DNA of 64,000 nucleotides from Malacoraja senta (lineage: Eukaryota): NCBI GenBank assembly GCA_038087875.1, contig CM075988.1:27096001-27160000 (forward strand), written 5' to 3'. The stretch's first letter is position 1. Every line of letters starts with the position of its first letter. A program made the translations under genes and the position numbers. Under the pieces are notes generated by a model, which was given only the letters and a program-made list of their open reading frames with translations, made no database searches and had not been told where the DNA came from. Positions 28,275-41,700 of this stretch are shown here, one piece after another.

Positions 28275-29135
28275 ACCGGAAGTGGCGGCGTTGTTGCACG
28301 GCTGCGGCTCGCCTGCAGTCCGTCTGTTTTTACTTTTTTTGTTGTTTTCTTTTGTCCTGTTTTAGTAAAATTTTAGTTTATTGGGTTGTGTATGTGTGTG
28401 TGTGGGGGGGGGGGGGGTGTGAAACATGATTTTTGTCTCTTCCTTCGGGGGAATGCGACTTTTTCTTGTCGTATCCCCCTTCTCTGCCTCCGTCTGCGCT
28501 GAGGCCAAAATGGCGGAGCTGCCGGCCTCCAACTCCAACTGCGACCGACCGACCTCGAGACTCTGGAGGCAGAGCCAGGACTTACCAACGCGAGGCTGGC
28601 CGGCTTCGGGGCTGCGGTGGCGTTCCGGCGGTGGCGACCGAGGACGCTGGTGGCGCCTGAGTCCGGAGGCTCGGTCGCGGGCCCGGTGGACGACATCGTC
28701 GGGAGCTCGCAGGTCACAGGTGGGTGACCTGTTTTTTCTGGGGCTCCCGCAACTACAGCTGCGTCCACTGGACTGGAGGGCGGCAGCTTCGGCAGCTTCG
28801 GCCATCCCGGGCCGCGGAGTTTGAACCAGCCCGTCGCGGACGGAGCACGGATTCAGCCGCAGGACTGACTTACCATCACCCGGTGGGGTCACAACATCAG
28901 AAGCCTGGATCGCCTCAGCGCAGAGGGAGAACAAAGAGGGAAGAGACAGAGACTTTAAGACTTTTGCCTCCATCACAGTGAGGAGGTGCCTGGTGAACTC
29001 ACTGTGGTGGATGTTAATTTGTGTTTATTGTGTGTTTTGTTATTTATTATATGTATGACTGCAGGCAACAAAATTTCGTTCAGACCGAAAGGTCTGAATG
29101 ACAATAAAGGAATCTAAGTCTAAGTCTAAGTCTAA
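28275..29135 (+). mobile_element. GC/CpG-rich non-coding retroelement with Rex1-type 3' tail
   Basis: Sharp switch to CpG-rich DNA at ACCGGAAGTGGCGG; ends ATTTCGTT-hairpin-ATGACAATAAA-(TCTAAG)n; no RT motifs in its ORFs. Confidence 0.7.
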
Positions 29136-30724
29136 CATCCACCTCCTTTAATTGTAGTTCAGAAAGAGATTTGCAGGAAAATAAAGCAAGCGTGCATGGA
29201 AATTGCAATTTCTGTAGCAATTTTAAAGAGCTTGAGAGCCAAACATTGTGGTTCAATTGAAAGTAAAGATTGCTTTTGTACAAGCGTGTCCAAACGTGAT
29301 GAGCACTTTATCACATTTGGGCGGGAGAATCAGTTAAATGATCCAAGATTAAAAAGCCCAGCTTTTTGTTCCTTTGTTTGTTTGATTTATTTCCAATGTA
29401 TGTGACAAGGATATATGACAAGATCTATTGTATTGTAGTTTGGGCTCCTAGATGACAAAGTGCATTTGTATGTTGTGGGAAAGCAAATTATAACTTTTTG
29501 GGAAAATTAGCTTTCTAGTTGAAATGGTCCATATGTATCCTGCCATGTCATTGTCAGTCTAAAATTATCAATTCTCTTTGCAAAGAAATGTATACCTTAA
29601 CCCAAAGGTACTGTCTAGCCCAATTAGGTTTTCTTGATCAATGCATGTTCAACTCATGTGGTCTCCATGTTGTATGTGTGGAGTAATATTAATAACAGGT
29701 TTGTAAGCCATGTTAAAGTCCTCAGAGAGAGAGTTTATGTCAAAGATACAGTATTTACATTAAATTTATATTGAGGGCAAAATGATTTATTGTTTTATCC
29801 AAGGAAAACTGCAAAAAATGCTGAAGTAACAGCAGCAGCATACCTAAAGAAAATGGATATGTGACATTTTGGGTTAGGACCCTTCTCCAGTCTGAAGAAG
29901 GGCCCTGACCCAAAATGTCACCTATCCATGTTCTCTAAAAATGTAGCCTGCCCCACTGAGTTTCTCCAGCATCCGTATCTTGTCATTTCTACCTATTATT
30001 AGGTTGGTATATTACTCCCGTATATCAAATGCAGTGAAAGACTTTGCTTGCATGCTTTCCAGTCAAATTATACTATACATACCATTAATAAAGCCATACC
30101 CAAGTACAAAAGAAAAGAGTAAAATACAGTGTAAAATATAGTGTTACAGCATTATAGCTTCACAGTTAGTGAAAGTGCAGATATCGGGCCTCCACCCTAG
30201 TTTATGACAGGTAACATTCTGATAACAGTGGGAAGAAGATGCTCCTGAATGAGGTGGCATGTGCTTTTGAGCTTTCATATCTTCTGCCTGAAGGGAGAGG
30301 GGAGAAGAGGAAATGACAGGGGCAAAAATAGTCCTTGATTTTGTTTGCTTGTGAAGGGTACCACTTTCACTAGCAGTTTCATTTGCCAATTATGCATTAG
30401 TTAGGAAACAGAGAGTGTAATAAAAATATGTATTAAAATAAATTAATATTAGTGAAAAAGTTCTGGAGCATTGAGAATAGGATTGAAAGTCGATACATTC
30501 CCAGCCCCTGATGATCTGTATCCCAGAGTATGACACAGCTCTGGAAGTAGCAGGCACTGTTACTATTATCCTCTAAAGTTTCCCCTATTATGGAACAATG
30601 GGTTCGCAAATGTAACTCTTTAAGAAGACGACAAAAGCAGGGCATCATTGATGCAGCTTCAGTGGTAAGGAAAATACCAGACAATTATAACGATGTAGAA
30701 TAGATCATCTAGAAGAAGTCAGAC

Positions 30725-31545
30725 AGGTAGACAAAAGTGCTGGAGAAACTCAGCAGGTGAGGCAGCATCTATGGAGCGAAGGAAATAGGCAGCGTTTCGG
30801 GTCGAAACCCTTCTTCAGACTGATGTGAGGGTGGGGGGGTCGGGAAGAAGAAAGGAAGAGGTGGAGCCAGTGGGCTGAGGGAGAACTGTGAAGGGGAGGA
30901 GAAAGTAGGGACTACCTGAAATTAGAGAAGTCAATGTTCATACCGCTGGGGTGCAAACTGCCCAAGCGAAATATGAGGTGCTGCTCCTCCAATTTACGGT
31001 GGTCCTCACTCTGGCCATGGAGGAGGCCCAGGACAGAAAGGTCGGATTTGGAATGGGAGGGGGAGTTGAAGTGCTGAGCCACCGGGAGATCAGGTTGGTT
31101 ATTGTGAACAGAGCGGAAGTGTTCGGCGAAACGATCGCCAAGCCTACGCTTGGTCTCACCGATGTAGATCAGCTGACATCTAGAGCAGCGGATGCAATAG
31201 ATGAGGTTGGAGGAGGTGCAGGTGAACCTCTGCCGCACCTGGAAAGACTGCTTGGGTCCTTGAATGGAGTCAAGGGGGGAGGTAAAGCGACAAGTGTAGC
31301 ATTTCCTGTGGTTGCAAGGGAAGGTGCCTGGAGATGGGGTGGTTTGGGTGGGAAGGGACGAATTGACCAGGGAGTTACGGAGGGAGCGGTCTCTGCAGAA
31401 AGCAGACAGGGGAGGAGATGGGAAGATGTGGCCAGTGGTGGGATCACGATCAAGAGGTGGCGAAAATGTTGGAGGATTATTTAGTGTAAGTGACGGCTGG
31501 TAGGATGGAAGGTGAGGATTAGGGGGACTCTGCCCTTGTTACAAG
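30725..31545 (-). mobile_element. Penelope-like element 3' fragment (GIY-YIG endonuclease + 3' terminal repeat)
   Basis: ORF 30912-31238: NLIYCIRCSRCQLIYIGETKRRLGDRFAEH...GMN, a PLE GIY-YIG domain. Confidence 0.92.
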
Positions 31546-32077
31546 AGAACCAATGGAAGTGGTGAATTTGGACTTTTAGAAAGCCTTTGATAAAGCTCTA
31601 CTAAAGAGGTCTGTGTGAAAGATGAAAGAATATGGAATTGGGGTTAATATAATGGCATGATTTGAATATCGGTTTACATTGTGAAAACAGAGATTAGGAA
31701 TAAATTGATTTTTTATGTGATGGCACGCAATGGCTAACGAGGTCAGTGCCTGGTGCCAGATATTCACAATATATAGCAATAATTTGGATGAGGGAACAAC
31801 ATGTAATATTTCTAAGTTTGTTGGCGATACAAATCGGGGTTGTTTTATGAATTTTGGGAAGTGTAAAAAAGCTTCTGATTGATTTAGACAAGTTAATGAG
31901 CTTGCAAATACATGGAAGATGCAATATAATGAGGGCGAACATGGTTATCTCCTACAGCGAGGAAAGCAGGAAATATAATTCAAATAGTGACAGGTTGCGA
32001 CATGTTGATGTACAAAAGAATCGGGGTGTCTGCAAATATAGCCAGCAGTTACGGTGACAAAATGATATAATGTAATA
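31545..32077 (+). mobile_element. Old, highly decayed CR1 RT fragment (continues at about 35560-35830)
   Basis: Decayed LDF.KAFDK and KF..DT motifs, collinear with CR1 RT across the younger insertion. Confidence 0.65.
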
Positions 32078-32278
32078 AAAAGGAACTGCAGATGCTGGCT
32101 TTTACCAAAGATAGACACAAAATGCTGGAGTAACTCAGTAAATCAGGCAACATCTCTGGAGAAAATGGATAGGTTTTCCACAGATGCTGCCTGACCCGCT
32201 GAGTTACTACAGCATTTTGTGACTGTCTTTGGCAAAATGATACATGGGCTTCGCAATAGGTCAAGTACAAGAGAAATT

Positions 32279-35200
32279 AGAAACATAGAAACATAGAAAA
32301 TATGTGCAGGAGGAGGCCAATCGGCCCTTCGAGCCAGCACCGCCATTCATTATGATCATGGCTGATCGTCCCCTATCAGTAACCCGTGCCTGCCTTCTCC
32401 CCATATCCCTTGACTCCACTAGCCCCTAGAGCTCTATCTAACTCTCTCTTAAATCCATCCAGTGATTTGGCCTCCACTGCCCTCTGTGGAAGGGAATTCC
32501 ATAAATTCACAACTCTCTGGGTGAAAAAGTTTTTTCTTACCTCTGTCTTAAATGACCTCCCCTTTATTCTAAGACTGTGGCCCCTGGTTCTGGACTCGCC
32601 CAACATTGGGAACATTTTTCCTGCATCTAGCTTGTCCAGTTCTTTTATAATTTTATATGTTTCTAAAAAATCCCCTCATCCTTCTAAACTCCAGTGAATA
32701 CAATCCTAGTCTTTCCAATCTTTCCTCATATGACAGCCCCGCCATCCCAGGGATCAATCTCGTGAACCTACAATGCACTGCCTCAATCACAAGGATGTCC
32801 TTCCTCAAATTAGGAGACCAAAACTGTACACAATACTCCAGATGTGGTCTCACCAGAGCCCTATACAACTGCAGAAGAACCTCTTTACTCCTATACTGAA
32901 ATCCTCTTGTTATGAAGGCCAACATTCCATTAGCTTTCTTCACTGCCTGCTGTACTTGTAAGCCAACTTTCAGTGACCGGTGTACAAGGACGCCCATGTC
33001 TCGCTGCACCTCCCCCTTACCTAACCTCATTGAGATAATAATCTGCCCCCTTGTTTTTGCCGCCAAAGTGGATAACCTCACATTTATCTATATTATACTG
33101 CATCTGCCACGCATCTGCCCACTCGCTCAACCTGTCCAGGTCACCCTGCAACCTCCTAACATCCTCTTCACAGTTCACACTTCCACCCAGCTTTGTGTCA
33201 TCTGCAAACTTGCTAGTGTTGCTCCTAATTCCCTCTTCCAAATCATTAATAAATATGGTAAACAGTTGCGGCCCCAACACCGAGCCTTGCGGCACTCCAT
33301 TCGCCACTGCCTGCCATTCTGAAAAGGACCCGTTCACTCCTACTCTTTGCTTCCGGTCTGCCAACCAATTTTCTATCCATGTCAACACCCTACCCCCAAT
33401 ACCATGTGCTCCAATTTTAGTCACCAGTCTCCCGTGCGGGACCTTATCAAAGGCTTTCTGAAACTCTAGATACACTACATCCACTGGCTCCCCTTCATCC
33501 ATTTTACTTGTCACATCCTCAAAAAATTCCAGTAGATTAGTCAAGCATGATTTCCCTTTCATAAATCCATGTTGACTTGGACTAATCCTTTTACTGCTAT
33601 CCAAATGCCCCATTATTACATCTTTAATAATTGACTCCAGCATCTTTCCCACCACCGAAGTCAGGCTAACTGGTCTGTAATTCCCCGTTTTCTCTCTCGC
33701 CCCTTTCTTGAAAAGTGGGATAACATTAGCTATCCTCCAATCCACAGGAACTGATCCTGAATCTATTGAACATTGGAAAATGATCACCAATGCGTCCACT
33801 ATTTCTAGAGCTACCTCCCTGAGGACCCTGGGATGCAGACCATCAGGCCCAGGGGATTTATCATCCTTCAGTCCCATTAGCCTACCCAATACTATTTCTC
33901 GCCTAATGAAAATTTCTTTCAGTTCCTCTACCTCCTTAGATCCTCTGTTCTCCAGTACATCTGGGAGATTGTTTGTGTCTTCCTTAGTGAAGACAGATCC
34001 GAAGTACCTATTCAACTCTTCTGCCATTTCCTTGTTGCCCATAATAATTTCACCCGTGTCTGCCTTCAAGGGACCCACATTTGACTTTGCTACTCTTTTT
34101 CCCTTAACATATCTAAAGAAGCTTTTACTGTCCTTCTTTATATTCCTGGCCAGCTTCCCTTCATACTTCATCTTTTCAGCCCGTATTGCCCGTTTTGTTT
34201 CCTTCTGTTGTCCTATGAAAGTTTCCCAATCCTCTGGCTTCCGGCTACTCTTTGCTGTGTTATACATCTTTTCTTTTAGTAATATTCTATCCCTAACTTC
34301 TCTTGTCAGCCACGGTTGCCTCCTACTCCCCTTAGAATCTTTCTTCCTTTTTGGAATGAAATGATCCTGCTTCTCCCGGATTATGCCCAGAAATTCCTGC
34401 CATTGCTGCTCCACCGTCATTCCTGCTAGGATCCCTTTCCAGTCTACTTTGGCCAGCTCCCCTCTCATGCCTTCATAGTCCCCTTTGTTCAACTGCATCA
34501 CTGACACTTCCGATTTAACTTTCTCCTTCTCAAATTGCAGATTAAAACTAATCATATTATGATCTAAAACTAATCATATTATGATCAATACCTCCAAGCG
34601 GTTCCTTTACCTCGATTTCTCTTATCATATCTGGTTCATTGGACAACACTAAATCCAGAATTGCCTTTTCTCTGGTCGGCTCCATTACAAGCTGCTCTAA
34701 GAATCCATCTCGGAGGCATTCTACAAACTCTCTTTCTTGGGGTCCTGAACCAACCTGATTTTCCCAGTCTACCTGCATATTGAAATCCCCCATCACCACA
34801 GTGGCATTACCTTTGTTACATGCCAGTTTTAACTCCTGCTGCAACTTACACCCTACATCCCGGCTACTATTTGGGGGTCTGTAGATAACACCAATTAGTG
34901 TCTTCTTGCCTTTACAATTCCTCAACTCAATCCACAGTGACTCTACCTCGTCAGTCCCTATGTCTTCCCTCGCAAGGGACTGAATTCCATCCCTCACCAG
35001 CAGAGCTACCCCCCATCCTCTGCCCACCTGCCTGTCCTTTCTATAGGATGTATAACCCTGAATATTAAGTTCCCAGGCCCGATCCTCCTGCAGCCACGTC
35101 TCAGTAATCCCCACAATGTCATATCTACCAACCTCTAACTGAGCCTCAAGCTCATCTACTTTACCTCTTATACTTCACGCATTCATATACAATACTTTTA

Positions 35201-35515
35201 ATTCCTTACGCATCTCACCTTTTACATCGATCCCTATTACACTTGGCCATACTCTCTTATCCCTTAGTGAGCTTCCTTTCCCAATAATTCTGAGGTCATT
35301 AACCATCCCTTTACTCTATTTCCCTTTAACTCCATCCTCGACTATCCCATTTGACACCCCACCCCCCTTATTCAGTTTAAAACCACCCATGTAGCAGTGG
35401 CAAACCTGCCTGCCAGAATGCTGGTCCCCCACCTGTTAAGATGCAATCCGTCCCTTTTGTACAGTTCCCCCTTACTCCAAAACAGATCCCAGTGATCTAA
35501 GAATCTAAATCCATG
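32279..35515 (-). mobile_element. CR1 LINE with near-complete but disabled ORF2 (APE endonuclease + RT) and the end of ORF1
   Basis: GITETWL, MGDFN, PGPDG, NYRPVSLTS, GVPQGSVLGP, FADD; lesions: TGA near 35175, 22-bp tandem duplication 34543-34586, frameshift near 33030. Confidence 0.95.
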
Positions 35516-36595
35516 CCATTTTTATGATTATGACTTTATAAATTATGACTTTATGTCAATTATACACGGCCGTGGTGTGGCCATATTATTTTTTTGGCCC
35601 TTTTTACCAGAAGGAGTATATTTGCTATTGAGAAAGTGCAACAAAAGTTCACCAAAATGAAGTCTGGGATGACGAGACAGTTTTACAAGGAGAGATTAGA
35701 ATAACAAGGTCTGTTACATTATTGTTTAGAAGAAACAAAAGGTATATTATTGAAATCTATGAAATATTGATCGGGTTCAACAGGTTCGATATAATAGGAT
35801 GTTTCCCCCTGTCTGTTGTATCAAGAACAAATTTGTGTAGAAATGAATGAAAAGATAATTGAATTTCTTCAGATCTCCAACCAGATCTTTGGCTGAACCT
35901 CTAAGGAAATGAAAATCTGAAAATAATTATATTAACTTTTGTGGGGCAGATACTGCATATTACATTCACTGGCCAGAAACATGAATGTGTCTAAAGCCAG
36001 CAAACTCTCATGCCCCATCCAAAATCTTCCCACAACCATCGCTGCCTAGATCAATACATTTTCTTTTGAGATGTTGACAAATTAGCACAAAGGATTTGGT
36101 GTGGGTTGAGATAGAAATAGTTAAAGGGTTCTAGGAAAGGTTTCCTCATCACCACCACTTGTTCAGAACAGATATCATCACACTACCACTGCAGTTCGTA
36201 CCCCCAAAATCCATGTGAATACCTCCCTCCAGCTCCCTGTTCCCACTATTAAGTTCCAAATTGACGTGTAATATCAAAAAGTTCATAACCTGACAAGAGA
36301 AGGAACAAAGAAAAACTGAGAAGTGATAGTTATCAATGCAGATTGATTACATGCCCCCATCTACGTCCCACCTGCCTGCATTTGGCCCATATCCTTCTTA
36401 ACCTATCCTGTCCATGTACCTGTCCAAATGTTTTGAAACATTGCAAGAGTTGCAGACATTGCAATTATCTCCTGTGGCAACTTGTTCCATATACCTATGT
36501 TTAAGAAAGAACTGCAGATGCTGGAAAATCGAAGGTGGACAAAAATGCTGGAGAAACTCAGCGGGTGAGGCAGCATCTATGGAGCGAAGGAAATA

Positions 36596-36630
36596 GGCGA
36601 CGTTTCGGGCCAAAACCCTTCTTCAGACTG
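36596..36630 (-). ncRNA. Minimal type I hammerhead ribozyme motif in the Penelope 3' terminal repeat
   Basis: Reverse complement reads CUGAAGA-A-GGGUUUUGGCCC-GAAACGUC: intact core, stem II, palindromic ACGU in place of stem III; helix I only about 2 bp. Confidence 0.65.
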
Positions 36631-36637
36631 ATGATAC

Positions 36638-36962
36638 ACAATAGACAATAGGTGCAGGAGTAGGCCATTTGGCCCTTTGAGCCAGCACCGCCATTCAATG
36701 TGATCATGGCTGATCATCCCCAATCAGTACCCCTTTCCTGCCTTCTCCCCATATCCTCTGACTCCACTATTTTTAAGAGCCCTATCTAGCTCTCTCTTGA
36801 AAGTTTCCAGAGAACCTGCCTCCACCGCCCTCTGAGGCAGAGAATTCCACAGACTCATCACTCTCTGTGAGAAAAAGTGTTTCCTCGTCTCCGTTCTAAA
36901 TGGCTTACTCCATATTCTTAAACTGTGGCCCCTGGTTCTGGACATCCCCCAACATCAGGAAC
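36638..36962 (-). mobile_element. CR1 3' fragment nested in the Penelope 3' UTR
   Basis: SRTRGHSLRI..FFSQRVMSLWNSLP; splits ...cagactgatg|tgagggtg..., which is contiguous in the 30815-30835 copy. Confidence 0.9.
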
Positions 36963-38443
36963 ATGTGAGGGTGAGGGGGCGGGAAGAAGAAAGGAAGAGG
37001 AGGAGCCAGAGGGCTAGAGGGAGAGCTGAGAAGGGGAGGAGACAGTAAAGACTACCTGAAATTAGAGAAGTCAATGTTCATACCGCTGGGGTACAAACTG
37101 CCCAAGCGAAATATGAGGTGCTGCTCCTCCAATTTCCGGTGGTTCTCACTCTGACCATGGAGGAGGCTCAGGACAGAAAGGTCGGATTTGGAATGGGAGG
37201 GGGAGTTGAAGTGCTGAGCCACCAGGAGATCAGGTTTGTTATTGCGAACCGAGCGGAGGTGTTCGGCGAAGCGATCGCCAAGCCTATGCTTGGTCTCACC
37301 GATGTAGATCAGCTGACATCTAGAGCAGTGGATGCAATAGATGGGATTGGAGGAGGTGCAGGTGAACCTCTGTTGCACCTGGAAAGACTGCATGGGTCCT
37401 TGAATGGAGTCAAGGAGGGAGGTAAAGCGACAAGTGTAGCATCTCCTGCGGTTGCAAGAGAAAGTGCCCGGAGATGGGGTGGTTCGGGTGGGAAGGGACG
37501 AATGGACCAGGGAGTTACAGAGGGAGCGGTCTCTGCAGAAAACAGAGGAGATGGGAAGATGTGGCAAATGGTGGGGTCATGTTGGAGGTGGCGAAAATGA
37601 CGGAGGATTATTTGTTGTACGTGACGACTGGTAGGGTGGAAAGTGAGTACTAGGGGGACTCTGCCCTTGTTACGAGTGGGGGGATGGGGAGAGAGAGCAG
37701 TGTTACGGGGTATCGAATAAACCCTGGTGAGAGCCTCATCTATGGTAGAAGAGGGGAACCCCCGTTCCCTGAAGAATGAGGACATCTCCGATGCCCTGGT
37801 GTGGAACACCTCATCCTGGGAGCAGATGCGGCATAGACGGAGGAATTGGGAATAGGGGATGGAGTCCTTACAGGAAGCAGAGTGGGAAGAAGTGTAGTCC
37901 AGATAGCCATGGGAGTCAGTGGGTTTATAGTGGATGTTGGTCAGAAGTCCATCACATGCGATGGAGATAGTGAGGTCCAGAAATGGTAGGGAAATGTCAG
38001 AAATGGTCCAGGTGTATTTGAGTGCCGGATGGAAGTTAGTGGTTCCATCCGGCACTCAAATACAGCTGGACCCCGTGACGTTGCTCTCTCTCCCCATCCC
38101 CCCACTCAAAACAAGGGCAGAGTCCCCCTAGTCCTCACCTTCCACCCTACCAGCCGTCACGTACAATAAATAATGCTCCATCATTTTTGCCACCTCGCTG
38201 TTTCTTTCGAGGTTCAGCCAAAGATCTGGTTAGAGATCTGAAGACAGTCTTTACTGTCTCCTCCCCTTCTCAGCTCTCCCTCTAGCCCTCTGGCTCCTCC
38301 TCTTCCTTTCTTCTTCCCACCCCCCCACCCTCACATCCATATACCTATCACCCTTTGTGTAAAATAGTTGCACCCTCAGGTTCCTAATAGAGATGATAGA
38401 GGTAACTGATAGCAGCTTTCAAAATTATGAAAGGGGTTTGTCT

Positions 38444-38748
38444 TTCGAGATACAGCGCGAAAACAGTCCCTTCAGCCTACCGAGTCCGCACCGACCAGCG
38501 TTCCCCGCACATTAACTCTATCCTACACAAACTAGGGACAATTTACACATGCACCAAGGCAATTAGCCTACATATCTCTACGTCTTTGGAGTGTGGGAGG
38601 AAACAGAATATCTCGGAGAAAACCCACACGGTCACGGTAAGAACATACAAACTCCGTACAGACAGCACCCGTAGTCAGGATCGAACCCGTGTCTCCAGCG
38701 CTGTAAGCACTGTAAGGCAACAACTCTACCGCTGCGCCACCGTGACCA
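38444..38748 (-). mobile_element. tRNA-derived V-SINE (HE1-like)
   Basis: Reverse-complement A box (ccgctgcgcca) and B box (ggatcgaacc), plus V-domain. Confidence 0.88.
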
Positions 38749-41700
38749 GGTTGAGCAGTTAATCTGCAGAAAGAATTACTTCATCCACAGAACAATACAA
38801 AAAATAAGATACTTAAGTGCAAGATAGTTATTCATGGATCTCAAAGGGAAATAAGGGAAATGAAAGTAGTGCAGCCGTCTCACATATAAGGCAAACTTTG
38901 TTTATCCTGACCTCCAGTGCTGTCGATGTGGAGTTTTAACATTCTCCCTATGAGAAGGTGTGTGTCTCCAGTTACTCCTGGTCCCACCAATTCCCAGAAT
39001 GACCACTATAAATTGTCCCTGGTTATTTGGGTGGTGAGGAGAAACAATGGGCTGGTAATTGGGATGCAAGAATCCAGATGTTGCAATCTTGATCAAAAGA
39101 CAAAGTGCTGCAGGGGTTTGAAGAAGGGTCCTGACACGAAACATCTATTAAAAGCTGCATGTGGGAGAACAAGTTTCAGGGAAATTAAGGAAATGGGAAT
39201 AAAAGCTTGAGTTGAAAGTCCTCGTCCTGTTGCAAGGTAATACGAATGGCATAAACAGAATGGAAAGAGACTTTTGTGGAGTGTAAATACCAGTATAGTT
39301 TGCCTGGCTGAGTGATCCATTGCATTTATATTCTGTGTCATTCTTTATAGTTCAGAAAAAAATTAGCTAGAGTGTATCCTTGAAAGGTTGTTCTCTTCTT
39401 CAGTCCGTCAAGTCATACTGATTTAAATTCTGGCGTTGTTTACCAATGTGACCTTCTATAGTTTACAGCACTCTGTATTTCTCCAATTCTGCACATGAAC
39501 AGTTCAAAATCCCATTATGCGCATCTTTGAACATTTTGGAAATAAAAGTCCGTATGAAATGGTCTCTTGATGTGCTCGCAACCTGTTCTCGTATGGTCAG
39601 GAGAAATATCTCCCCACTGACTCTACTGCCCAGCTGCTAGACTTTAACTCATTTGCCCAATTCCATACTTAACCAGAGTTTAAATGTATAAATTCCTCTC
39701 TGTCTATCAATCTTTGATCTCTGTAATATTCTCAGCCCAACTCCCTCTCGACACTTCACCAACGATAGCTCTTTATGGTTATGGTTATGTTGCCAACATT
39801 GGGAAGGACATCTCACTCTTCCGGTCTCTATCTGTACTGGCTATTACTGTCTGTCATCACTTTGAATCTGTATTTCTCTGTCTGTTAGTGTAGTCTGGCC
39901 CAAGAACAGCCTTGCTAATGACAACATTACACAGAGGTAGAAATGAATGTGCATTTATCTGCCACATTTGGGCACATCCAGACAAATGTACCCATTCCTT
40001 CATCCATCTTCTCTGATGCAGAAAGCTAACTTGTTTTATCTCTTTCATGATTTCAGACTTAAAACATTAACCATTTATTTTTCCATAAATGTGGAGTTTC
40101 TCACATTATCTGTTTTGTTCATTTTAATTTCAGATTTCCAGGATCTGTGGGTTTTACATAATCACAGATAATTTGGTTAGTGGCATATTATTGTCATGTC
40201 TACCGAGATACAGTAAAAAAGTTTGCATGCTATCTAGTCAAATCATACGCGAGTACTGCAGGTAAAACACAAGTGCACAACATAGAGTTTCAACGTAACA
40301 GCTACAGGAAAACTTGAGAGAAACAAAGTGCAGATACAAAAAGTGTAAGGCCTGCATTGAGGTGGGTTGGGAGATCAGGACTACACAATTAGCTTGAAAG
40401 GGCTCCATTCAATAGTCTGATATTAGCAGTAAAGAAGCTGGTCCTGAATCTAATGCCATGTGCTTTCAAGCTTTTGTATCTTCTACCTGATGGATGAGGG
40501 TAGAAGCTGTGAATGCTTTTGATTATGGCTGCTTTCCTAAGGCAGCGCTGTAGATGAACCCGATGGTGGTGGTGAGGGGGGGGGGGGGCGGGGGTGGGGG
40601 AAGATAGGTTTGTGTCCCAGACTGTGTTGCATTTGCAACTATCTGTAATTTCTTGCTGTCTTGAGCAGTTGCCAAACCAAGTCAGGCTTTGCACCCAGGA
40701 TGATGGGATCAATCAGCCATGCCCTAAGACAGCCCTGTGGAAACTCCGGTACAAGCGTATTAATCCCAGCCAGTTTCAGCCGCCTTCACAATGACAATAT
40801 TTTGGATCATAAAGTCAAAAGCAGGAACTTTGTTGACTATTGCACAATATTCTATTCCGTTCACCACTCCTCAGAGAGCTCACGGGATGCGCCACAAAGC
40901 GGATTGATCAGTGGGCCGAGAACAACGCGGTGGGTGGGCTGCAGAGAGTGAAGAAGGACTTGGCTGGAGGGCGGTGCTACTGAAAGCAAAGAGGGACCCA
41001 GTGGCACGGGAGAGGGAGGGTAGGTGCTGAGAGTAAAGAGGGACCGGCAGAGATGGGGGGCTGCTGAGAACAAAGAAGCCGCCTGGCGACAGGCCTGGTT
41101 CGCCGCTGCAAGAAAATAAGATTGTACTAAATGTTCTGAAATGTTGTTGGCGCTGGAAATGTGGTGAATCTTTGTGTACTGCCTAGGTGAAGTCTACTGT
41201 ATGATTTCACTGGATTGTATGCAACATACAAAGAATTTCACTATACCTATGTACATGTGACAGTTAAGTATCATTGAAATTAAAACAGTCTATGTCTGGA
41301 TGCAGTAAGATGCAGCACCATCAGGACACGGCCTATACATTTCCAGGAACATTTGTGTCGCAAAAGTGCCAGACAATTACCTCTCCAGAGAGAGTCTAAC
41401 CAGCAACATGCAGCGGATTTACAACCATTGACCAGAAACTCAACCCGAGCATCCTCATAAGCTTAGAGACTGCATGTGCAACTGTATAATCACCTTCTAA
41501 TTCCTCAAAGCCTTTTCACTGCTTATGAGCTAGAAGCAAAGAGAGCAAAAGCATTTGGGGAACACCTTCACTGGACATATCAGAGTTATTCAAGATGAAT
41601 AACCATCTTCAAAGGGCAAATAGGGATGATCCATAAATATTGGTTTTAGGCAGATGGTCACATCCTATAAAGTGAATGACAAAGTATTGGCAGGCATTTC

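Larger units (their letters stand above)
36499..38335 (-). mobile_element. Penelope-like element (RT C-terminus + GIY-YIG), 5'-truncated with inverted 5' segments; 13-bp TSD
   Basis: LPFLDL, YKPTDSHGYLDYTSSH, IYIGETK; TSD tccatatacctat at 36486-36498 and 38336-38348; lies inside a CR1 tail fragment. Confidence 0.92.

Noticed and set aside
28362..28981. Several overlapping ORFs of 75-204 aa on both strands
   Set aside because: Expected from high GC content; no recognisable domain; lies in a repeat with a retroelement tail
33051..34364. Plus-strand ORFs of 136 and 218 aa
   Set aside because: Antisense shadows of CR1 ORF2
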